64,000 nt of DNA from Octopus sinensis (Eukaryota): contig NC_043009.1 of assembly GCF_006345805.1 (NCBI RefSeq), forward strand, positions 23,684,001-23,748,000, given 5' to 3'. Made by a program: the position numbers and the translations under genes. Of this stretch, positions 54,075 through 64,000 are shown piece after piece. Position 1 is the first letter of the stretch. Every line of letters begins with the position of its first letter. The notes beneath the pieces were generated by a model. The model had not been told where the DNA came from and searched no databases. It was given only the letters and a program-made list of their open reading frames with translations.

Positions 54075-54633
54075 TTTTTGTCTAGCGAATGTTTTAAAAA
54101 AAGATGGGTGAATGTAGCAAGAATGGCACGTATGAATAACAAAGCCACCTTGAGCATAATCCCATGAACCCAGAAATTGAAAACAGAGGGTTACCCACTT
54201 GCAAACAAATGTGGTAACATATAACAATATTGACCAAGGTTACCGTGGTCTTTTTCGTAGGCTTTTTTTCCCACGGATAAACCTTACTTGCTTTCCCCTT
54301 TACACCATATATCATAACACTGTGATACACGATCCCTATTGATCGTTTTTTCCTCTTCCCCTTTTTTCCCCCTTTTTTCTTCTTTTTTCATTTCTCTTTT
54401 CTTTTGTTCCTTTTCCTTTTCTTCTTTTTTTTATTTATTTTATTTTATTTATTTTTTTAAAAATTTTTATTTTTTGTTCTCCTTTTTCCCTTTTACGATC
54501 CCTTTTGATCGAAAACCTACGCCACCTTTCTTTTTGTTTTTTTTGTTTTTTGTTTTTTTCATCCCCCAAAAGAAAAGCTCTACCTTGTAACTTGTCCCAT
54601 CTGTGTGCAGTCCTGTGTGGCCAATAAAGAAAC
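54075..54633 (+). mobile_element. Tx1-like LINE 3' end
   Basis: aaaagatgggtgaatgtagcaagaatgg..aagccaccttgagcat matches 43940-44005; ends AATAAAGAAAC followed by (TATC)n. Confidence 0.75.
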
Positions 54634-54724
<91 letters not shown>

Positions 54725-54761
54725 CTTATCTATCTATCTATCTATCTATCTACCTATCTAC

Positions 54762-54849
<88 letters not shown>

Positions 54850-55129
54850 TTGTCTGTCTGTCTGTCTGTCTAAGAAAATGAAAAGACAAATGAACAAACG
54901 ATTATCTTATGAGCGTCATTCCACCAAAAAATGTCTACCCACTCTAGGAAAGAAAAATCTGTATAAATATTTAACTTGTATAAGTGCCTCTATAAATATA
55001 GGTACTTCTTTCGGTGTTTTATCAAATTGCGATAAAACTGAATAAATTGCAATAACACTGAATTAAAATAATTACATAGATTTTTCCTTTCCTGAAGTAT
55101 GTACAACACTTTTTTCGGTGAACTCTGTG

Positions 55130-55161
<32 letters not shown>

Positions 55162-55490
55162 TGTATGTATGTATGTATGTATGTATGTATGTATATATCA
55201 AAAAGCACCAAAAAGCACCAAAAAGCACCAAAAAGCAATTGTCTTCTAATTTACCTAAAATCCCATCCCATATCTCTGTTTCTATTCATTTATTCTATTT
55301 ATTCATTTATTTATTTTCTCACTGTTTCTTCTCATTTCAAAAAATACTCTGGCCTTTTGACCACTCCCCTAAGAACAATAGCTTGTGCCCTGTTTATCTC
55401 CTAAATACCAACCTACCCCAAAAACGTCCCCCACCACCACTCCATTAAATCTGCCTAAATGCATAAATGCCAGAACTTATTTTGACAGCC

Positions 55491-55541
55491 AGCTTCCTGA
55501 AGATTTCATCTGAATGAAACAGTTCTAGTCCTGTAGAAGCT
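55491..55541 (+). ncRNA. Type I hammerhead ribozyme candidate with intact catalytic core
   Basis: Stem I AGCTTC/GAAGCT, CTGAAGA, stem II TTC-ATCT-GAA closed by U.U, GAAA, stem III ACAG/CTGT, GTA cleavage triplet; AATAAA follows ~10 nt later. Confidence 0.6.
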
Positions 55542-55578
55542 CCTTCTATAAAATAAATAAATATATATATATATATAT

Positions 55579-55855
55579 GTTTCTTTATTAGCCACACAGG
55601 GCTGCACACAGACAGGACAAATTACAAGGTAGAGCTTTTCTTTTGGGGGTAAAAAAAGGGGGGTTGATTTTCCATCAAAAGGGATCGTAAAAGGAAAGAA
55701 AGAGGACAAAAAGGGGGGGGATAAAATAAAAAAAATAATAAAAAATAAAAAAAAGGGGGGAAGGGAAAGGAAAAAAAATTGATCAAAAGGGATCGTTATC
55801 ACAGAAGTGTCAATATGAAGTGTAAAAGGGAGGACAGGTGAGGTTTACCCGTGGA

Positions 55856-55856
<1 letters not shown>
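55579..55856 (-). mobile_element. Tx1-like LINE 3'UTR fragment
   Basis: Reverse complement matches 54270-54633 (ccccaaaagaaaagctctaccttgtaa..ctgtgtgg.taataaagaaac); flanked by (GATA)n and (TA)n. Confidence 0.75.
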
Positions 55857-55927
<71 letters not shown>

Positions 55928-56574
55928 AACTTAGTTGGAATAGGGTGCATGGCGTTCGATCATATAATAATATAAATAATATATAAATATATGCATGTAT
56001 ATACACATATATGTACATACCTATACATGTATATATACATGCATATATGGGTACAAGACATCAGAAAAACGTAGACAGAATGAGAAACGAGAACATAAAT
56101 AACAAAAACATAGAAAACGAACTTTTTTTTCGAACAACGAAAAAAACAAACAGAGAAACGAGACAGGCAACATAAAGAACATTCGCTTCATCAGTTGTCC
56201 CCTATTTTATCTACTTCACGTTCGAAGGTAGAGACAAAACACGACTTCGTTAAAGCAATCCTTCCCGCAAAGCAGTTTGCGGAGGGTGAAAGTGGTAACA
56301 AAAACAGGACAGTGTGAGAAGGATTGCTTTAACGAAGTCGCGTCTTGTCCTTACCGGTTTCTAACACAGATCCAAATCTCCTTCATTGGAATTTCAACAA
56401 CATCGACGTGGTATTTTTGCATATATGTATGTATATGTGCAACATTCGGAGCCAGTGCATGAGCGAATTTGTATGTTTTGTTTTATGTATGTATTCTCAT
56501 GCATATAGTTGCATGTCTACACATGTGCATATGAATATATACTTAAATGATGAACCTTTGGAAAGTTTAACAAA

Positions 56575-56826
56575 CTTTTATAGTTCCAGTGATGGCTTGG
56601 ATCTGAAATCTTCGAATTAGCTTTCTCCTTTCAGGTTTTGAGAAGCCTAATTTCTCAAGATTGGTATTTAGGCAGAGTGTAACAGATACCTCAGCGCTCC
56701 AGTAATTACAGGTATAAACTTGAACTTATAATCTGGATAAAGTAACTGTAGACTTCTTAATAGTTCAGCGTAGGAGCTTTCTTTTTCGCTGATTTTTAGC
56801 TTTATGTTAACATTCGCTAGGCAGCT
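56575..56826 (-). mobile_element. RLE-type LINE C-terminal fragment
   Basis: SCLANVNIKLKISEKESSYAELLRSLQLLYPDYKFKFIPVITGAL: the EK..Y..L..PVI.GALG pattern of RLE non-LTR elements. Confidence 0.65.
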
Positions 56827-56883
56827 GGTGTATGTATGTATGTATGTATGTACATATATATAGAACATACACAAATATATGCA

Positions 56884-56942
<59 letters not shown>

Positions 56943-56952
56943 TTTATTTAGG

Positions 56953-57027
<75 letters not shown>

Positions 57028-57335
57028 TTACATATATACATAAGCGTGTGTGTGTGTTAGTGCGTGTGTGTGTGTGTGTGATATTTCTAGAAATGAGAAA
57101 TTATGATATACGGAGAAGGCGAGATGTTCCCGCCGTGCACGCCAAAACTTTCATCGCAAAGAATTGCTCTACTGATACAAGATAACATAAACATTCTATA
57201 TATACTCCGAGATTCTTCCATGCTATATCGTCGTCATTCCAAAGTCTTCAGAACATTCTTCACTCACTGTATGTGTATGTGTATGTATATATACATACAC
57301 GCACGCACACACACACACAGACACACAGACACACA

Positions 57336-57385
<50 letters not shown>

Positions 57386-57504
57386 AACACACAGATAGAG
57401 AAACACATACATGTACATAGACATCCAAATACACACCTACATATACTTACACACATGTATGTATTGACTGACGGAAAAGCAAAGTGCTCTCCATCTGGTA
57501 TAAG

Positions 57505-57618
57505 TGATCTTGTGTTCTACTACTACTACTACTACTGCTACTGCTACTGCTGCTGCTGCTGCTGCTGCGACTACTACTACTACTACTACTACTACTGCTG
57601 CTGCAGTTGCTGCTGCTA

Positions 57619-57653
<35 letters not shown>

Positions 57654-57700
57654 ACTACACTACTACTACTATACTACTGCTGCTGCGGCTGTTGCTGCTG

Positions 57701-57747
<47 letters not shown>

Positions 57748-57800
57748 ACTACAACTACTATTACTACTAGTACTAATACTAGTAGTAGTACTACCATAAG

Positions 57801-57832
<32 letters not shown>

Positions 57833-58124
57833 ACAGTACTACTACTACTAGTACTACTGCTGCTGCTACTACTACTTCTACTGCTGCTGCTGCTTCTTCT
57901 ACTGCTGCTACTGCTACTTCTACTGCTGCTGCTACTACAACAACTACTACTACTACTTCTACTACTACTACTGCTATTGTTACTGCTGCTGCTACAACAG
58001 CAACAACAACAACTACTACTACAACTACTACTACTACTTCTACTACTACTACTACTGCTATTGTTACTGCTGCTGCTACAACAGCAACAACAACAACTAC
58101 TACTACTACTACTACTACTACTGC

Positions 58125-58158
<34 letters not shown>

Positions 58159-58165
58159 ACGCGCT
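57505..58165. repeat. ~660-bp compound (CTA)/(CTG)/(CAA) trinucleotide repeat
   Basis: Direct inspection; includes a ~65-bp internal duplication (57955-58020 / 58038-58103). Confidence 0.95.
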
Positions 58166-58409
58166 AAAGTAGTAGAATCCATAGTTAGAGCGACGGACAA
58201 AATGCTTTATCCGACTCCTCATAGCCTATATAGAAATCCTACGGAGCTCGCCTTTGCGCTTCGTCTTTCCGGAGATCAATAAAATAAAATACTGGTTGAG
58301 CACTGGAGTCGCTGTAATCGACTTGCCCCTCCCCCCCAAAACAATTGGTCCTGTGTCAAACTATGAAACCGTTATTGTACGAGTGAGGTGGATGGTAAGA
58401 ACAGCAAAT

Positions 58410-58835
58410 GACATTCTTTTATCATTTATCTTTTGCTTGTTTCTGTCATTAGACTGCGGCCATGCTGGGGCACCACCCTGAAGAACACTTAGTCGAATGA
58501 GTCAACCCTAGTACTTATTACTTTTTGTTAAGCCTGGTACTTATTCTATCGGTCTCTTTTTGTCGAACCGCTATGTTACCAAGAGGTTAACACAGCAACA
58601 CCAGTTGTGAAGCTGTGGTAGCGGGGCAAACACACACACACACACACACATACACACACACATACGCACACATACAAGGGGCTTCTTTCAGTTTCAGTCT
58701 ACCAAATCCATTCACAAGGCTTTGGTCGGCCCAAGGCTTTAGCAGAAGACACTTGCCCAAGATGCCACGTAGGGGGTCTGAACCCTGAACCATGTGGTTA
58801 CGGAGCAAGCTACTTACCTCACAGCTACGCCTGCA
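58410..58835 (-). mobile_element. SINE A, diverged full length
   Basis: Tail cttgtttctgtcattagactgcggccatgc, head ctacttacctcacagctacgcc. Confidence 0.8.
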
Positions 58836-58998
58836 ACAATTATCTATGTTTTCGTTCTGTGTTCTAATCTGATGTGACTTTGCTTTTTCGTATTCTTGGA
58901 GTCGCTAAAATAAAGAGCTGATCATGTCATTGTGTAGATTTTATTGGGTAATCGCTCTCCTGAAATTTCTGTGTTTATACAGCTGTGGCTGTGTGAAT

Positions 58999-59440
58999 AG
59001 GCGCAGGTGTGGCTGTGTGGTAAGAAGCTTGCTTCCCAACCACATGGCTCCAGGTTCAGTCTCACTGCGCAGCACCTTGGGCAAGTGTCTTCTACTATAG
59101 CCTCGGGCAGACCTAAGCCTTGTGAGTAGATTTGGTAGATGGAAACTGAAAGAAGCCCGTCGTATGTACATGTGTGTGTGTGTGTGTGCATATAAGTGTG
59201 AATATATTTATGTGTGAATGTCTGCGTGTATGCGTTGCCCCCCCTCCATAATCGCTTGACAATCGGTGTTGGTGTGTTTATGTCCTCGTAACTTAACGGT
59301 TTGGCATAAGAGACCGATAATGTGAGTACTAGGCTTTAAAATAAGTCCTGGGGTAGATCTGTTCGACTAAAATCCTTCAAGGTTGTGCTGCAGCATGGCC
59401 GCAGTCAAATGATTGAAACAAATAAGAGAATGAAAGAAAA
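58999..59440 (+). mobile_element. SINE A, full length (empty at the targeted site)
   Basis: ggcgcaggtgtggctgtgtggtaagaagcttgcttcccaaccacatgg .. gcagtcaaatgattgaaacaaataagag. Confidence 0.88.
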
Positions 59441-60264
59441 AAGAACGCATGTGCAAAATCTTCTTCGACGACTATGACGAGAGAAGTGGGGGGAGGAGAA
59501 GGAAGGAGGAGCTGAAGGAGAAGGAAAAAGTGAGAAAGAGAATGAGGTGGAGGAAGAAGGGAAGAAGTGGGAAAGAGGAAGGGGATAAGGGGGATGGAGA
59601 AGAAGGAGGGCAGAGACAACAGTGGAAAAGGAAGAGAGGAATAAGAGGAGAATAAGTATAAAAAGAAGAAAAGAAGAAAAAGTATACTGAGGAAAGTGAT
59701 GATGATGAGAAGTAGGAGGAGAAGACGAAGAAGAAGGAGAAGAAGAAGAAGAAGAAGAAGAAGAAGAAGAAGAAGAAGAAGAAGAAGAAGAAGAAGAAGA
59801 AGAAGAAGAGAAAAAGAAGAAGAAATCGGGGAAACAATAAAAAATAAGAGTACAAACCCTGACGATGGGTGTCGGGGATCAAGTGTTTTGCGATGTGGTG
59901 CAGGTTTGTGAAATTTTATCAATTCGGTGGAGATGCTTCAGTCACTTTTCGTATATTATTTTTCTCTTTTACTTTTGCTGGTTTATGTTGCATGGTTTTC
60001 GCCTAACCGCTGTAGCTGCTGGTTGCAATATTTGTGAATATAACTGTAACGGCGTATAACATGTTTTGCTTTACTTGGTGCCACCAGCTGTTGAGAAATA
60101 ATCTTGTAATTATAGACTAATTAATGACAGATTTATTAAAGTGTACAATATATAAACATATATATTCGTACAAACCTAATTTTTAAAACATTTGACCTAT
60201 ACGTATAGTTAAATCGTCAAACATACTCCTACAGTTGGAGAATTAATTATTATTGCTGCACATT

Positions 60265-61686
60265 AGCGCGGTGAGGTGGCAGAATCGTTAGAACGCTGGG
60301 CAAAATGCTTCATCGGATTTTGTCAGTCTTTAGGTTATGAGTTCGAATTCCACCGAGGTCGACTTTGCTTTTCATCCTTTTGTGGGGGTGGGGGGTTTGA
60401 TAAAATAAGTACCCGCTTACCCGAAATTGCTGGCCTTGTGCCAAAATTTGAAATTATTACTACTGTACATCAGAAAGCGGTGAGCTGGCAGAAACGTTAG
60501 CACGCCGGGCGAAATGCTTAGAGGTATTTTGTCTGCCGCTACGTTCTGAGTTCAAATTCCGCCGAGGTCGACTTTGCCTTTCATCCTTTCGGGGTCGATT
60601 AAATAAGTACCAGTTACGCACTGGGGTCGATATAATCGACTTAATCCATTTGTCTGACCTTGTTTGTCCTCTCTGTGTTTAGCCCCTTGTGGATAGTAAA
60701 GAAATAGGATAGTAAAGAAATAGGTATTTCGTCTGCCGTTACGTTCTGAGTTCAAATTCCGCCGAGGTCAACTTTACCTTTCATCAATAAATTAAGTACC
60801 AGTTACGTACTGGCGTCCAGGTAATCGACTTAATCCGTTTGTCTGTCCTTGTTTGTCCCCTCTATGTTTAGCCCTTTTTGGGAAATAAAGAAATAAGAAT
60901 CGTTAGAACGCTGGGCAAAATGCTTCATCGCATTTTGTCATTCTTTACGTTCTGAGTTCAAATTCCGCCGAAGTCGACTTTGTCTTTCATCCTTTCGGAG
61001 TTGATAAAATAAGTACCAGTTGTGTACTGAGATCGATGTAATCAACTTCCCCCTCTTACCAGAAATTGCTGGCCTTGTGCCAAAATTTGAAATGATTGCT
61101 ACTGTACATCAGAAGGTGTTGAGGTGCCAGAATCGTTGGCACGTAGGGCAAAATGCCTCGCGGTATTTCGTTAGTTTTAACGTTCTGAGTTCAAATTCCG
61201 CCGAGGTCGACTTTGCACTTCATCGTTCCGGAGTCGATAAATTACGTACCAGTTGAGTACTGGGGTCGATGTAATCGGCTTATCTCCTCCTCCGAAATTG
61301 CTGGCCTTGTTTCCAAAATTTGAAACCAATATTACTGTACATGAAGAGGGTGAGCTGGCAGTTTCGTTGAGCGTCTGACGAAAAGTTTATTCCGGCTCTA
61401 ATTTCAAATCCTGTCGAGGGTCAATAAAAATATTACCAGCCAAGTATTGGAGTCGATGTTATTGACTATGCCCGCCCTTTAAGGTTGCTGGCCTTGTGCC
61501 TTAGTTAAGAAGAAAACAACAAAAACTTTTAAGGGTCATGGATGATATGTCATGGTGGGCAGATAGCAGAACCATTACAGCGCCGGAAGAAATGCTTAGT
61601 GGTATTTATTCCGGATCTTTACATAATTGACATACCCCCACCCTTCAAAATTACTGGCCTTATGCCAAAAGTAGAAAGAATTATTA
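60265..61686 (+). repeat. Head-to-tail array of ~7 SINE B units
   Basis: Repeated cgttctgagttcaaattccgccgaggtcgactttgc and gaaattgctggccttgtgccaaaatttgaaa. Confidence 0.88.
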
Positions 61687-61893
61687 CAGTAATCCCTCGC
61701 CATATCGCGGTTCACCTATCGCTGTTTATTATTTAAGCTTACGTCGATTCCTCTGTGGTGTTGTTTTGCATTTATAATGAAATAAATATATACAAATTAT
61801 AAAAATAAATAAAAAAAGTATACAATAGAGTACTGTTTCTACATCGCGGATTTTCACATATCGCGTGGGGTTTTGGATCGTAACACTCGCGAT
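61687..61893. mobile_element. pogo/Tigger-like MITE, right TIR cut by SINE A
   Basis: TA + CAGTAATCCCTCGCCATATCGCG left end; partial right end CGCGATAGGCG; internal ATCGCG repeats. Confidence 0.5.
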
Positions 61894-61931
61894 AGGCGTA
61901 GGGGTAGCTGTGTGGTAAGTAGCTTGCTTCC

Positions 61932-63625
61932 GCATCTGCGCATTGGTGTTTTGCTTCAACACTTGAACAAGGAGGACATGCTCCGTCCGAAAACTGAAAA
62001 TTAAGAAGAAGTCCGTTCAAGGTAGGTGAATTTGTTTGTTTTGAGCTGGGCGTGATTTATTGTTTTGGAATTTTTTTTCAGTAAATTTCGTCCAGCTTTG
62101 GGACAATTTCGCCTGCTCTCGGCGACTATTGTGATTTTTGCTTGTTGAAAAAATGTTGGGGCGTATCCCCGCCCAAAAATTGAAGTTTGTTCCAGTCATT
62201 GAAAATTTTTGTGTTCCATTGTGGCGAAGATTCGTCTTTTGTGGATTTAAGATTCCAGCTCGGCGTACCAGCCAAAGAAGAGGGCCAGGAGTACCTGTGA
62301 CCAGAATTGTGTAGTTGCCATTTGGAACAATATTTTTTATTTCTTCCGTATTTTTTCTTTTGTTTTTCGAACTTTTCTTTTCTGTTTTCTTTTGTCTTAT
62401 TTTTTACTATTTATTTTTCGTTCGGACATTTTTTTTCTGTCTAGTGTATTTCTATTTTTGTGGACATTTGAAATTTCTTCCTCATGGCGATAAAGAATGG
62501 TGCCGCTGCTTTGGAGTGGGAGATTGTCCCACCCAAGCAGTGGTTAAAAGATATGGAGGAGAGGACGGTGGTGGTTAGAACTTATTCTAAAGTTCTTGAT
62601 TCCATCACCGTCTTCCTCAAACCAGTTATAGAAAATGAACTGAAAGACTATTTCTCCTCTGTGAAATAAATATCCCGTATGGTTGCTGTTTGACAACCGG
62701 GAAAAGGCTCGCAAATTTGCGAGTCAGCCCTTAGAGGACAACGAAATTCTGTTCTTCCCGCCGTACTGCAGGAGGAAATTAATAAGAGCCTGGGTATGTG
62801 GGTTATCCCCAGGCACCAAGGTGGGTTGGATTGAAGATACCATCCGACGGGGACTGGGGGATAGCGGGCCCAGGCTCTTCAACCCAAAAAGGATTAAAAA
62901 GGAAGAAGGTGGGCAACAATAGTTGCCCGCGGAAGAACCCTAATGCTTCGGGAGGTTGGGGAGAGACTCCGGACAAAGCAGAAGAGCTCCACTCTCCTGA
63001 AATCAGGAAGAAAAGAAAAAAAGAAAGAAGAACCGGTCATCGCAGGGTGGAGATGATGTGCCATCTGCATGTCCCGAAGTTGTGCCACCCACGGGATGCC
63101 GAATGGCCTCCGCAGATAGCTGTGGAGGTCATAAGGTTTCCCTTGTGGGAAAGGCTTAAAGGATTTGGGGAGGAGTGTCGCATATGGCCGGGTGGCCCTT
63201 ACACGACTTACATGTCTTACATGAATGAGGCATGGGAAATGGCGGGATACAGGAACTCAAGCGGCATTGAAGATAATGATGAATATATCGATGGATATAT
63301 CGATGAGTAGGAGGTGAAAAAGCCTCGTCAGAGGGTTTGAAAACTCATGTTATTGTATTATTTGTAGGGGTTTATAACCTCAATTGTGTGTTTAAAAAAA
63401 ACATGTTAACAAAGAGGTTTTAGCGCCTCCTTCTTGTAAGAGGTTTGAAACATCATATTGATTTTTAATAAAAGAAAATACGTTTTCGAGAAAAATCCAA
63501 TCGGCGGGTGTTGGGTTTCGTCTCTCATTTATTCATTCTATTTCATTTTCATTCATTAATGTGTTTGTCCAGCCCGCAAAGCTACACAATCTTTGTACTG
63601 TCTATATGACAAATTTTATGAAATA
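61932..63625 (+). mobile_element. ORF1-only element copy 2 (1694 bp) inside a SINE A head
   Basis: TSD AAGTAGCTTGCTT(C/A)C at 61917-61931 and 63626-63640. The 5' end resembles copy 1a and the 3'UTR resembles copy 1b. Ends ATGAAATAA. The SINE resumes at 63641 and runs to the window end. Confidence 0.82.
62484..63310 (+). pseudogene. Disrupted ORF of element copy 2
   Basis: MAIKNGAAALEWEIVPPKQWLKDMEERTVVVRTYSKVLDSI..FDNREKARKFASQPLEDNEILFFPPYCRRKLIRAWVCGL..EWPPQIAVEVI; lacks ~250 bp present in copy 1a. Confidence 0.6.
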
Positions 63626-63640
63626 AAGTAGCTTGCTTAC

Positions 63641-63774
63641 GAACCACATGGTTCCGGGTTCAGTCCCACTGTGTGGCACCTTGGGCAAGTGTCTTCTACT
63701 ATAGCCTTGGGCCGACCAAAGCCTTGTGAGTGGATTTGGTAGACGGAAACTGAAAGAAGCCCGTTGTATATATG

Positions 63775-63832
<58 letters not shown>

Positions 63833-64000
63833 TGTGTCTGTGTTTGTTCCCCCAACATCGATTGACAACCGATACTGGTGTGTTTACGTCCCCGTAACTT
63901 AGCGGTTCCGCAAAAGAGACAGATAGAATAAGTACTAGGCTTACAAAGAATAAGTCCTGGGGTCGATTTGCTCGACTAAAGGCGGTGCTCCAGCCTGGCC
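63641..64000 (+). mobile_element. SINE A remainder downstream of the insertion
   Basis: gaaccacatggttccgggttcagtcccactgtgtggcacc .. ggcggtgctccagc; head at 61894-61931. Confidence 0.9.

Noticed and set aside
57455-58282. Long poly-T/A/S/L/Y ORFs, and all YIYI/VCMY/LSIY ORFs elsewhere
   Set aside because: Stop-free reading of simple repeats, with no non-repetitive coding context or splice support.
60265-61686. Repeat-spacer appearance resembling a CRISPR array (also 29170-30585)
   Set aside because: Units are 170-250 bp, diverged and homologous to dispersed SINE B; the context is eukaryotic and there are no cas genes.

Overview
AT-rich, repeat-saturated animal genomic DNA, most likely Octopus (inferred from the SINE/LINE/microsatellite make-up, not verified). 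No host protein-coding exon, rRNA, intact tRNA or CRISPR array is supportable, and almost all listed ORFs are microsatellite or SINE artefacts. Contents: about 20 copies of a tRNA-derived SINE (family A); head-to-tail arrays of a second SINE (family B); a decayed, nearly full-length CR1-group LINE (32055-35932); R4/Dong-type and Tx1-type LINE fragments; mariner and maT transposons, one carrying a nested hAT MITE; a non-autonomous Helitron; hammerhead-ribozyme-like motifs; and a 100-N gap. The most notable feature is an ORF1-only retro-element with no reverse transcriptase. It occurs three times (15643-17731, 17747-18229, 61932-63625), always at the same position in the tRNA-like head of SINE A. 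Each insertion is flanked by a ~15-bp duplication that follows the allele of the host SINE copy. The 3' tail of SINE A in turn matches the 3' end of the CR1 LINE, including a compensatory stem-loop. Together these suggest a layered LINE -> SINE -> SINE-targeting parasite system.
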